Positions 24,951-37,984 of a stretch of DNA of 64,000 bases are shown here, piece after piece; positions within the stretch are counted from its first letter, which is position 1, and the number at the start of each line of letters is the position of its first letter. The DNA lies in assembly GCF_036321535.1 (NCBI RefSeq), contig NC_087436.1, forward strand, positions 21,454,001 to 21,518,000, written 5' to 3'. The translations under genes and the position numbers were made by a program. The notes beneath the pieces were generated by a model. It was not told where the DNA came from. It worked only from the letters and a program-made list of their open reading frames with translations, and did not search any database. Source of the DNA: Camelus dromedarius. Taxonomy: Eukaryota.

Positions 24951-26191
24951 AGGGTGACTGATATCACTGAGGGAATTAATGTTGATAGGAGAAGAGAAAT
25001 AGCTGTAAGTTGGGAACTCCAACATTAAGATATTTGGAAAACTAGGAGGAAACAACAAAAGGAGCTATGAAGAAGCTACTAGTGTGGTAGGAGGAAAACC
25101 AAGAGAGTGTGGTATCTTGGAAGCCACATGAAGAAAACAATTAAATACATTATATATTGTTAAATGGTCTAATAAGATGCGGATTGAAAACTGAGTACTG
25201 GTTTTAACAACATAAAGATAAGTGGTTGGATAGAGTGATATGGTGAATGTTAAATCCTATAGTTGACTCGAGAAAATGGGAAATAAATTGATGACAGCAA
25301 GAATAAACAACTCTTTCAAGGAGATTTGCCAACAAGAAGGGGAAATTATGGGGTGATATCTCTAATGTGACACAGGATCAAGCAAAAGTTTTTTTTTTTT
25401 TAAAGCATGTTTGTTGGTGAATGGAAACAAATCTAGGAAAAGGGGAAATTATTGATACCTGAGAGAGAAGGAAGAATTTCTGAGCCAATGCCCTTGAGTA
25501 GATGAGAAAAGACCTAGTACACAAATGGAGGGGTTGCCCTTTGCTAGGAGCATGAACAAGTTCACTCAGTAACAGGAGAGACAGCAGCTGCAGGTAGGTG
25601 GGTGAATGTGGTTGTGGGAGTTTACATAAGTTCACATCTGATTGCTTCTGTTTTATTCAGTAACATAGAAAGCAAGGTCATCAGTTAAAAGTGAGACTGG
25701 AAGAAGAGCTGTAGATCTTAAGAGAGAGATGAAGCTATGTAACAGTTGTTCAGGAGACTGGAAATATAGGATGATTCCAGGCAGCATTAAGGGCCCACTG
25801 AAGTTGGAGATCATGAATGTAAATGAGATCAGTCAATTTGTTTGTTTCCTCCATGCTTACATGCACAAGTGCAAGTATGGAATAGGCAGAGTTGGACATG
25901 ACCAGGGTTGTGGTTTAGCCAAGCGCAGGAGTTAAGAGAAGGGCAGGAGAGTTGAGTGTATGCAAAGGGGTGGTTATGACTGACCATGCAATTAAGCTGG
26001 GTAAGGATAGAAGTTACGATGTGGGGGTGAGAGGCATGAAAAAGATGTTAGGATCAATGAATTGTAGGTTCTGGTGGGGTCAGAGGATTGTTGGAAATTT
26101 CCAGGTTCCAAGTAGAGGTGGTGAGCTGGAAAAATAGGAGATAGTGGTCAGAAAGTGAGATGCCTCAAATTAAGAAGGCTGAGAGGCAATA

Positions 26192-26720
26192 CAGTCATCC
26201 TTTAGTATCTGCAGAAGATTGGTTTCAAGACGCCCCGTGGGTACCAAAATCTATGGATGTTCAAGTCCCCTGTATAAAATAACATAGGATTTACATATGT
26301 CCTACACATATCCTCCTATATACCTTGTCTCCAGATTAATTATAACACCTAATAAAATGTACAGTTGACCCTTGAACATCATGGGGGTTAGGGGCATTGA
26401 CCCTTTGTGTGGTGGAAAATCCATGTATAACTTTACACTCAGCACTCTGTATTCTTAGTTTCACATCCACAGGTCCAACCAATGAGGGATTGTGTCATAC
26501 TGTAGTATTTAGTGGAAAAAAACCCACATGTAAGTGGACCTGCACAATTCAGATCCATGTTGTTCAAGGGTCAGCTGTAGATGCTATGTAAATTGTTGCC
26601 AGTGTGCAGCAAATTCAAGCTTTTCTTTATGAAATTTTACGGAATTATTTTTGGAAAATTTTCGATCCATGATTCATTGTATTAGAGGATACAGAACTCA
26701 TAGATAAGGAGGGCCAACTG
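26192..26720. mobile_element. MER2-like Tigger non-autonomous DNA transposon
   Basis: Termini TA|CAGTCATCCTT and GAGGGCCAACTG|TA with TA target duplication; split by the element at 26362. Confidence 0.85.
26362..26577. mobile_element. MER8/Tigger3-like MITE nested in the MER2-like element
   Basis: TIRs CAGTTGACCCTTGAACA and TGTTCAAGGGTCAGCTG, flanked by TA on both sides. Confidence 0.9.
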
Positions 26721-29700
26721 TAGTTACTGGGAAAGACAGGATTGAGGTATTGCTATTCAAGTAAGTAGCTGGAGTAGTGTGGAGGATAGAATCATTGGAG
26801 GAGAGGAGGTCAAGGCACTGAGTGACAGTGTATTGAATAGATCATCTGTGTGGACATTGAAGTCAGCTGACAGTTATGATAGGAATAGGGTTTGAGACAG
26901 TGTCAGGGAGTTAGGAACTAAAGTCTCTGAGGAGTGGGGTGGAGGCAGAGTGGCCTGGGGATTGTTTGGGTGCTGCAGCAGGGAAGGGGAGTTGGTCCTG
27001 TCTTTTGATGTCATAAAATTTAAATGGGCCTGTTAATGGAGGAGGGAGGAAGAGTGGTCTGGAAGGAGCACCAAGGAGCAGAAAAGTTGTCTTCTCTAAC
27101 TCCAGGCCTAGTAGTGGTAGAATTTGGGAGTTTGGACTGTAGAGAAGAGGGCTGCAGAGTTGATCAGGTTTTAAAGCAAGAAGTGAAAGAAATATTTAGA
27201 GAAGGTGAATTTGCTAATGACTGAGTCTCAGAGGGTCCAGTGGAAAGACATCAGGTGTCAGACAGGGATGAGGAATGGGTCAGAAAAGGAGATGTTCCGA
27301 GCCTTATAGGAATTAGAATCCTGAAGATGAGAGTTGACTTTGGCTTTTTGTGGCAACTAAAATCAACAGGCATAAAGGGGATAATGCGAGTCATCTTGAT
27401 GAAAGTCTTTGATGAAAGCTTTAAGTTCAGAATGGAGACTGTAATGAAACAAATGTGCAGCCTCAGTGCCTATTCAAGGACAAGGCTGGGCTTAGATTAC
27501 TCATGAGTGAAATACATTTTGGCAAAATGTCTGCCTTGTAAAGGGCGCAGGGTTATGAACGAATCTGAAGACCTTGGAGATAATCAAGGTGTATTATTCA
27601 TTACCTTCAATTTACATCATACAGCAATTATAGCTGCTGTCTCAAAGATTTTCATTACCATAAGAGGATCCTTCTCAAAAGCTAGGCAGTAAGTTCTGCC
27701 TTCTTTCCTGAGAAAAGTTTGAATAGCAGTAGCATCTTATTGATTTATAGACATTTTATCTATTTTTACAGTCAAACAAAATTTCAAACTTGAAATTTGA
27801 TTTTTAAAAAAATTCCAAAAGTTCAAGGCAGTCATAATTGGCTGAACGTGAATTCAAAAAAAAAGAAATGGTAGAGGAACTCTAAATTAAAAAATGGACA
27901 TAAGACATAAATATTTATAGGCACATAAAAAATTAAAACAGTTCTCCCTATTCTGACTAAAATAATCAACATGTGATACAGGAGAAAACAGTGGGTGGGA
28001 ATATTAATTTTGGTCTAATTCTTGGTTTTATAAACTCACTCATCTTCTCCCTAAGTCTAGATCTGTGTGTCTCTTCTTCACTTACTTATAACAGGAACTC
28101 AGAACTATCATGGCTACTTTTGAATTTTGAGAGGTGAAAAAATTTCTGGTCAGGGGCAACCAAGGCTTTGATGGTCTCAGAGAGGGCTGTGTAATCACAG
28201 GATGATGTGAGTAGGAATGAGGTGGACAGCAAGAAAGCAGATGACTATGGCCTGGTTACAGTTTCACTTGTTTTGTGATCAGGGTGTTCGCATAGTCCAA
28301 AAACTCAAGTTTGCTAAATGAGGAAAGTACTGGAGTGGAAAATCATGTGGTATTTGCGCATAGGTTTTGAAGATTTAGGTGGAAAGCAGGACTGAGAGTG
28401 TTATCGTTTACTGTTTAAGTTCTTTTTTAAGTTTCTGCGATGACAATTAGTGTGCAAGACACACTGCGGCATGGCAAATTACAGAGAAAATAAAACCAGG
28501 GTCTGCAAACAGCTACCTTAGAGTTTTGCTGTAAGGGTAAATAAAATGAAATATGCAAGGTACAGAGCCCAATGCTTGGCTTAAGTTGTGTTTCCTTTCT
28601 TAAAAGTTTTCTGGAAATTATCTTATTAGTTTTGGAATGTTTTATAGAAATAAAAAATTATTTCTGGTTGCAGAAAACCTCCGTAGTTATTTAGATCAGC
28701 TCTTTAATATTGTGCTAGCTATATGTGTGTGTGAATGTGTGTATGGATGTGGGCATGTTTAATCATAGAAAGGGACCCTGAAATGGTCCCTTTTCTCAAG
28801 TATCATTAACTCATTCTTTCAGATCTCAATTTAAATATCCCATCTTAGAGGAAGTCTTACCTAACTTCACAAAATAGATCAAGTATTCTACAAAATATCC
28901 TCAGAGCACTGTGTATTCCTCTCTAGCACGTATCACAATGATAATTATTTTTTTCCGTAAGTTTTGAATCTCTTTCTTCTACCCTAGGAGGTAAGTTCTC
29001 TGAGGACAGGGATCATGCTTATCTTTCTTCCTGTTCCTTACTTAGCACCCAGTACAGTATCTCCCAGTACTTAGCACTCAATAATTATTATATCATGAGT
29101 CTTGGTTTTAATAAGAATCGTTTTGGGGATATGCTCATTTGGCATATATCAATATTTTTAAAGGAAGATTTGACAGGAAATAAGTTCTTAGTGGTATTGT
29201 AAATCTTTAGGGATTATGCATGTTAGCTCCCTTTTCTATATCTATAGATATATCTATTGAAGGGTTTTCTTAAGATGTTGTGGACATTGCCAACATGTAG
29301 GTTATTAAATGTTTCAAATAATGTTTTTTTTTTTTACCTTCCTTCTGAGGCTTTGTACATAGTCTTTCTCAAAGATGTATTACCAGGGATCTTTATTTCT
29401 TATATGAAACAAGATGTGATAGTCTGTTATAGGCTTCAATGTAGGAGAAATTATTTGTATTTTAGCAAGATGGTGCTTAAGTCAGCTTTCATTATTTGTG
29501 TTTTAGCAAGATGGTGCTTAAAGCACCTTCATGTGAAGAGCAATCCAGAGTGTTTATTTGAAGTGTCCCTTTTAGCTCTAAAAAGTAGACTGTTGTGTTG
29601 GCAAACAAAGAACCAAAGCATTGGTGACAAAGCAGGTCAAAAATTCTTTGTTTTTTGATATGTTGCATACTTTTTATTTTCAGTTGCGAATTAGTGAAGA

Positions 29701-29932
29701 AGGAATATTACTGTTTTTCAAAACAGACCTAAGTAGGTTGACTATACCTGTCTTTTATGTTATGACCTTGGGTATGTTACACACACAGACCTCAGCTTCC
29801 CCATCTGCAAAATGAGGACATCACCTTTATTGCCATGGATGTTCTATGGATTAAATTATCTAGTGTACATCAACTGTTTTATATATGATGGCACACAAAA
29901 ATACTTCTCACCCCTTTATGATCAGTTGGTGG

Positions 29933-30390
29933 CGTTAAAGAGAAAAATCACAGGTTTAAAATGGCATCACTTGTGTTAAAGTCCATGACACCAAACCTAG
30001 ATTTAATATCTAACCTAATTGCAGTTTCAGCCTTTCACCAGAAATGTAACCTTAATCAACCAGTCTGGAATTTTCTGGTCAGCACCAACGAGGTAATCTG
30101 CCACTTGGGTCTTCTCCAAGCCTCAGAGGAAGAAGAGGCAATCTGCATGATAAATCCCTTGCAGTTCCCTTCCCCCCACGAAAGAGGTCATCATGTCCCA
30201 AAAATAATCCTTTTCTTTCTTTTGCTAATAGCTCCCTTGCCCCACCCTTCTTCCAATAAAAACTTCATTTTGTATAACCCTTCTAAGAGCCCTTCTAGTT
30301 GCTAGATGGGTTGCCACCTGATTCATGACTTGCCTGATAAAGCCAATTAGATCTTCAGATTTCTTTGGCTGAATTTTTGTTTTTTTAACA
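29933..30390 (+). mobile_element. Solo ERV LTR (class I-like, family unassigned)
   Basis: Termini (C)GTTAAA and TTTAACA, ~458 bp, internal AATAAA. No clear TSD. Confidence 0.7.
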
Positions 30391-33300
30391 GGCTGAGAGA
30401 AAACAGCATTGTAGGATTTTATTGAACTATGGTTCATATCATTTGACACTTCAAACCAGGCCCCTCCTTCCTTCTCTTCGTATTTTCCTTCCTTCCTTAT
30501 TTATTTATTTTTCTTTCTATCTGAAAAGGTAAAGTTTGTAGTTTAGACTGTCATTTGTAATTATAGTGAAAGTCTTTAGGGGATGAAGAGAATGGAGGGT
30601 ACATACCTTCTCAACTGTCCATATCTGGATATTAGAAAGTTCAGAAAACTGAGGAGTTGTAGTAAGTTTATTGAGAAGAGAATGTCTAATAAAAGCATTG
30701 AAGAAAACAGCTAAAAGATTATGGAATATATTTTTTATTCTTCATAATATAGATGTAAATACTATTTACAGAGTTTCTATTATTACAAAGAGGCCCATGA
30801 AAAGAGAGGGTTGGATTGCTGGGAAAGCTAGAAATTGTTTTTTGGCTCTTTATTGGTTTGTTTGAAATGAAAAGATAACAAGGCATTTTTTTTCTTAGCT
30901 TTTAATGACTTTGAATGTAATCCACAAGTATAGTGTCCCAAAGCTAAAGAAAGCCTGTTCCCTTTTAATGGCATTTATAGGGTAAAGTTAGTGCTACTGT
31001 ATTTATCTAACCAAAATTGTTTCTGTCTTAATGTATCTCATAATTAGATCCCATATTATGATTCTGGTTAAATCGTTTGGCAGTGATGGATCACAAGGAT
31101 AAATTAACCAATCTATCTAGTTTAGCTTATAGCAGATGCAAATTCTAGTTATTTAAATGATTCATCTCTTCTACTCCAAGGTTTCTTACCAGTGATGTGT
31201 ACCACAGTAGCTTTAACTCTATATAGATTTTTATAAAATTAATAAAAGATCTTTCTTACAGAAAGGAAAGAATTTCAACTAATCAGTAGTCACAGGCCAC
31301 AGATATTACTTAATTCAATTAAATTTTTATAGTTGGATTCAAATGCTGAGTCAACCCTATAATTCAGTTCTCCTACTCCAGTTCCCCCATTGCTAAAATA
31401 TTATTAAGAGTAAGTCAGGAAACCAGACTGATTGATAATACTACTAAATCTTGTTATCCACCCTCAGTGGCGCCCTCATTGCTGTTAAGCAAGTTTTCTA
31501 TTCATCTCTAAATATTTCATATCCCCCAAGAACCCAAGCTTCCTATCCATGCCTTTTTTGGTAGTGTCTTTTATTCTAACTCCACTGGAAAGATTGAGGA
31601 CTATCACATCAACTCCCTTAATTTCCCTCTTCAAAGGAAAAATTTTTTTTTTGTATTTTAGCACATATTTCCCATCTTCCTTCTAATCTCAGAGCATAAA
31701 ATATCTTTCTCCTTTTTAATTTTGATGCTCATACCGTCCATCCTTTCTCACTTCTTTGTGATATTTTGCTTCATCAATTATATCTGTATATCATCCATCA
31801 ATTGCTTTCTCTCAAAAGATAGATATGTTACTTTCCTCAGTCATCTCATCTATTTGCCCATTAGTAACTCACAGTATTTTAATAACACTTTTTTTAAAAA
31901 AGATGTCCTATACTATTTAAATTATATGTAAAAGGATGTTCATTTGACTCTCAGCTCAGAAGTCTTGCCTTAGTGAGCATCAGTGAGAATTACCAGTGAA
32001 ACTAGCCTTAACCATATGGTTCACTTTGGCATATACACTTTTAAATTATTACAATAAGGTTTTATTTATTATTTATAATGACCACAAGTATAATCTAATT
32101 TTAGTAACTGAACATCAAAATTATTTTCCTATATTCACCTTTTATTCAGATTTTACAACTATTGATAACATTTACCGGGAAAAAACTGGGTATCATTATT
32201 CTTGTTGGGAGAAATACCTCCTCTTGGGTACCTCCTTTTGTATCTTTCTGTTTTATAATTTTCTACCCAGAAAATCACTCTCATTATTTCAGTGACTATT
32301 TTTCAGCTTTACATCTACTGAAATACTTGGCTGTCCCAGGAACTAATCAAGGCCAACCCTACCCTACCAAATCTAGAGAGAAAAGCAATATAACCTTTTG
32401 AAAACCAGTTTTTTAAAAAAAACCCTTAAATTGCTCACATCACTTTAAAATACCACTGTGCCACAATGAAATAGCCAAATAACTATGTTTTTATTACATG
32501 GCAAAAGTATCTGTCTCATGGGATTATGTTTGTTTAATGGAACTGTTATGATTAAAATATATCATTAACACAATCAACAAAGCATTATTACCAAGGGCCA
32601 TCTGTTGATATATGAAAACAGCATCATTATATAGAACAAGATAGTTATTTGTACCTAAATGTGTACTTCCAAGACTTAGAGAAATAAATGTACAAAAGAT
32701 ATATAGTAATACAATTTAAATGAAATACATAAATGTTAGGTTTTTAATATAATTTATATATTTGAGTCATTTTTGTGGGGAAAAATCTATAAAAGTATTA
32801 AATATTATATAATGAAAACACTATGGAGGATTCTGGGAAGATACTAAAGTAGGAAGTACCAAGAATCTGTCCTTCCAACTAGACAAAAATTGCCCTGGCA
32901 GAATTTGTCTGATGTAACTATTTTGGAACTCTGGAGTCTATTGAAGCATTGCAATTTCCAGGGGAAATATTGGATGGTAAATTGTGGTTAATTTTGGTCA
33001 ATTCAAGCTCTTAGCATGTTAGCAACTACCTGTTCCCCACCCCCAGCCATATGGCAGGCAGTGGTGTACACGTTCCTGGAGAACCTTGCACATAGCTTGT
33101 GGGAGCCAAAGTGGGTTGATAAAAGACTGTGTCCTTTAAATATTGAGGTCTGATTGCAGAAGTGCAGAAAAAGAGGTGGGTCGTCATTGTTGTTACACCT
33201 CTTCCCATTGTTGTAAGCTACACCCCCTTCAGCTAAAGTGACTTCCAGAGGATTTAAAGGACTGATGCCCTTTTCCTCTCCCCTCTATTTACCTCTTTTT

Positions 33301-33433
33301 TTAAAAAAAATTTTTTTGGGGGGAGAAGTTTGGGTTACTTATTTACTTATTTTTAGAGGAGATACTAGGGATTGAACCCAGGACCATGTGTATGCTAAGC
33401 ATGTGTTCTACCACTTGAGCTATACCCTCCTCC
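33301..33433 (-). mobile_element. tRNA-Ala-derived camelid SINE nested in L1
   Basis: Reverse-strand A and B boxes (ccacttgagcta; ggattgaacc). TSD ATTT[A/C]CCTCTTTTT at 33287-33300 and 33436-33449. Confidence 0.88.
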
Positions 33434-34566
33434 TCATTTCCCTCTTTTTACCCTTTTGTAAGCGAAACATTAAAGACTAGGGCATTCAAATACAATAGCA
33501 TATATAGGGAAAATTAGAAAATGACTATGCATACTCAGGGACAGTCTCTGAAAAGACTTGGGAAGACCTTAAATTTATACCTCAGATTGATTCTTGGCAC
33601 AGAGACAACCTACAACAATCAAGAAAACAAAGACAATGAACAAAAACAACAAGAACAAAAGAGCAAACTCTGAGGAATGGGGAGAATTGGATTTTCAGTT
33701 ACCACATTATTAGATTAAAATATCTAGTTTTCAACAATAACAACAACAATAAAAAAACAAAGAAGGCATACAAAGAAACAGGAAAATATGGCTCATTCAA
33801 AGGAAAAAATAAATCAACAGAAACTGTCCCTGTAAAACATCTGGTGGCAAATCTATTAGAGACTTAAAAAAACTGCCTTAAAGATGCTTAAATAACTAAG
33901 ATGTGGAGAAAGTCAAGAAAATAACATATGTACAAAATGGAAAAATCAATGAAAATATAGAAAACGTAAAGAAAAATTCTGGACCTGAAAAGTACAATTA
34001 CTGAGATGAAAAACTTGCTAGAGGGATTCAAAGGCAGAATTGAGTAGGCAGAATAGTCAGTCAACTTGAAGACAGGACAATATAAATTATCGAGACTGAG
34101 GAACAGAAGGATAAAGATTAAAGAAAAGTGAGCAGAACCTAAGGGACCTGTGGGACATAATCAATTGGGTCAACATGCATTGTAGGAATCCCAGTTGGAG
34201 AAAAGAGAAAGCAGCAGAGGGAATATTTGAAGAGATAATATCTGAAAACATCCCAAATTTGATGAAAGAAATGAATATAAACATCCAGGAACCTCAGTGA
34301 ACTCAAAGTAAGGTGAACTCAAGACACCTACACTGAGACATATTATAATCAAACTTTCAAAAGCCAAAGACAATGAGAGAATCTTGAAAGCAGCAAGAGA
34401 GAAGCAACTTGTCACATATAAGGATCCACAATAAGATTATTTTTCATCAGAAACTTTGGGGAACAGGAGACAGTGGACTGATACATCCAGAGTGCTAAAA
34501 GAAAAATATACCTGTCAACCAAGAATCTTGTATCCGGCAAAAATGTTCGTCAGAAGTGAAGGATAA

Positions 34567-34664
34567 GGGGTGTGGGTATAGCTCAGTGGTAGAGTGCATG
34601 CTTAGCATGCACAAGGTCTTAGGTTCAATCCCCAGTACCTCCATTAAAAAATAAAAACAAGAAA
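34567..34664 (+). mobile_element. Short tRNA-Ala-derived SINE or retro-tRNA nested in L1 ORF1
   Basis: tRNA-Ala(AGC)-like body followed directly by an A-rich tail. Perfect TSD AAGTGAAGGATAA at 34554-34566 and 34665-34677. Confidence 0.92.
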
Positions 34665-35439
34665 AAGTGAAGGATAAATTAAGACATTCTCAGATAAATA
34701 AAAACAAACACTGAGGGAGTTTATTACTACTGGACCTGCCCTGAAAGAAAGGCTCAAGGGAGTCCTGCAGGGTGAAATAAAAGGATGCTAGACAGTAACT
34801 CAAAGCCATATGAAGAAATAATGATCTCAATGAAGGTAAATACAGGAGCAGTTATAAAACTTAGTATTATTGTAACAACAGTTTGTAAATCCCCTTTTTG
34901 TTTTTTACATGATTTAAAAGATTAATACATTAAAAGATTATTAGTCTAAAAGCTAGTATTATTGTAACTTTGGTTTGTAATTCCACATATTGTTTTCTGC
35001 ATAATTTCAAAGACTCATGCATTTAAAATAATTATTAATTTATGTTTGGGAAGAAGTATGTTGTATGAAGAAGTAATTATATGACACCAACAACCCATGA
35101 AGAAGTTGTATGTTGTATGAAGAAGTAATTATGTGTCACCAACAACCCAAAGAAGTGAGGATGGAGCTGAAAAGGAGAAGAGTTTTTGCATGTTACTGAA
35201 ATTAATAAAAATTCAAATTAGAATGTTATAACTTTAGGATGTTAAATGTAATCCTTATGGTAACCCTAGGTACAGAATAACACAAAAGGAAATGAGAAAG
35301 GAATTTAAGCATTTTACAACCAAAAAAAAAAAAAAAAAAGAAAGAAAAACTAAACACAAAAGAAGACAGTAATACAGGAAATGAGCAAAAAAATATATAT
35401 GAGATAAAGAAAAAAAATAGCAAAATGACAGAAGTACTA

Positions 35440-37975
35440 CAACCTACTAAGTCTGAATCATGAAGAAATAGAAAATTTGAACAGACAAGTAAGGAGCTTG
35501 AATCAGTAATCGAATACTTCCCAATCAAAGCCCAGGACCAGATGGCTTCACCAGTGAATTCTACCAAACATTTAAAGAGCAAATGCCAATCCAAACACTC
35601 CCAAACTCATTTTTTGAGGCTATCATTACAAGGCTGATGCCAAAGCCAAGAAAAGAAAACTACAGGCCAGTATCTCTGGTGAATATAGATTCAAAAATTC
35701 CCAACAAAATACTAGCAAACCAAGTTCAACAGTACATTAAAAGGATCATACCCTGTGATCAGATGGCTTTTATCCCTGGGATGAAAGTATGGCTCAATAT
35801 ACACAAATTAGTAAATTTAATACATCGCAGTAATAGAATGAAAGAAAATTCATATGATCATCTCAATAGATGCAGAAAGAGTATTTGACATAATTTATTT
35901 TTTCATGATAAAAATTCTTAACAAATTGAGTATAGAAGGAACAAAGCTCAGCCTAATAAAGGCCATACATGACAAACTCATGGCTAACGTCATACTCAAT
36001 GGTGAAAAGACTGAAAAATTTCTCTAAAATTAGGAACAAAACAAAGATGCCTACTGTCACCATTCCTATTCAACATAGTGCCAGAAGTCCTAGCCAGAGC
36101 AATTCGAGAAGAAAAAGAAAGAAAAGACGTCCATATTGAGAAGGAAGAAGTAAAATTATTTTTTTGCTGGTGACATATCTTGTATATAGAAAATTCTAAA
36201 GACCCCACCAAAAAACTGTTAGAACTAATGAGTTCAGTAAAGTTTCAGAACACAAAATCCACATACAAAAATGAGTTCTGATTCTGTACACTAACAATGA
36301 ACTGTCTTAAAAAGGAAAACAGTGCTATTTATAATAGCATCAAAAACAAAATACTTAGGAATAAATTTAACCAGGAAAGTGAAAGATCTATACACCAAAA
36401 ACTTTAAGACATTGATCAAAGAAATTGAAGACACAAATAAATGGGAAGAGATCCCATGCTCATGGATCTGAAGAGTTAATATTATCTAAATGGCCATATT
36501 ATACAAACCATCTATAGATCCAATGCAATCTCTATCAAAATTCCAATGGCATTTTTCAGAGAAATAGAAGAAACCATTCTAAATTTTTAATGGAATCACA
36601 AACACCTCAGATAATGAAAGCAATCTTAGAAAGCTGGAAGCATCACACTTCCTGACTTTAAATTATATTACAAAATTATAGTAATAAAAACAGTATAGTA
36701 CTGACATAAAACAGACACATAGACCAATAGAACAGAATCTAGAGTCCAGAAATAAACTTGTGCATATATGGCCAGCTCACATATGACAAGGGAGCCAAGA
36801 ATACTCAATGGGGAAAGGATAGGTTTTTCAGTAAATGATGTTGGGAGAACAATATTCACACATAAAAGAATGAAGCCAGACCCACATCTTACATCGCTCA
36901 CAAAAGTATCTCAAAATGAAATTAAGGACTTCAACATAAGACCTGAAATTGTAAAACTTAAAAAAAAATAAAATAAAAAGAGAAAAAGCTCCTTGACATA
37001 GGTTTTGGCAATGATTTTTTAGATGTGAACCCCCAAACTGAAGTAACAAAAGCAAAAATCAACAAGCATTACTATATCAAACTGAAAATTTTCTGCACAG
37101 CAGAAGAAACAATAAAATGAAAAGGCAGGCTGTGGAATGGGTGAAAATATTTCCAAACCATGTATTTGATAAGTGGTTAATATCCAAAATATGTAAAGAA
37201 CTCAACAGTGAAAAAACAAATAATGCAATTTAAAAATGGGCAGAGGAGTTGAATACACAATTTTTCCAAAGAAGACATAAAAATGGCCAACAAGTACATG
37301 AAAGGAACTCTGCATCACTAACCATCAGGGAAATGAAAATTAAAACCACAATGAGATATCATCTCATCTGTTAGGATGACTATTTTCAAAAAGACAAAAG
37401 ATAAAAGCTGGCAAGGATGTGTAGAACAAGAAGTCTTGGTGCACTGCTGATGGAAATGTAAATTCGTATAGCCACTATGGGAAAAGTATAGAGGTTTCTC
37501 AAAAAATTAAAAATACAACTAGGATTCAGCAATCCTACATATAGGTATATATTGAAAGGAATAACCTAAATGTCCACTAACAGATGAATGGATAAAGAAA
37601 ATGAAGTATATTTATAGAATGAAACATTATTTATCCATATAAAAGAAGGAAATCCTGCCATTTGTGACAGCATGGATGGGCCTTGAAGGCATTTTGCTAA
37701 GTAAAATAAGCCAGATAAAGACAAATGCTTTATGATCTCACATATGGATTCTAAAAACATCAGACTCATGGGAACAGAGTAGAATGGCAGTTGCCAGGGC
37801 CCAAGGGATCTGGGAAATGGGGAGATGTTGGTCAAACTACAAATTTTCAGTTAGAAAATGAATAAATTCTGGGAATCTAAGGTACTCCATGGTGACCATA
37901 GTTAACATTATTGTATTGTATACCGGGAAGTTGCTATGAGACTAGAGTTTTACCGTACTCACCCTAACAACAACA
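35440..37975 (+). mobile_element. L1 ORF2 (RT and C-terminal part) plus L1MA-like 3' UTR, disabled
   Basis: [33 protein letters not shown] (GTRQGCPLSP variant) and FAGD (FADD variant, ~36163-36174). Many frameshifts. Confidence 0.93.
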
Positions 37976-37984
37976 TTAAGTTAA

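Larger units (their letters stand above)
24960..27480 (-). mobile_element. L2 LINE body (degenerate), hosting nested Tigger MITEs
   Basis: Long purine-rich stretch with L2-like motifs (ggaaaaccaagagagtgtggtatcttggaagcca; aaacaactctttcaaggagattt). Confidence 0.6.
32825..35435 (+). mobile_element. Old L1 (L1MC-like) 5' UTR, ORF1 and inter-ORF region
   Basis: Degenerate ORF1 motifs (cctaagggacctgtgggaca, gaaaacatcccaaatttgatgaaaga, agagaatcttgaaagcagcaagagagaag, caaccaagaatcttgtatccggcaaaa). Confidence 0.85.

Noticed and set aside
12638..34664. Four tRNA-like sequences as functional tRNA-Ala genes
   Set aside because: They have A-rich tails, TSDs, CpG decay and stem mismatches, so they are retroposed SINE copies.
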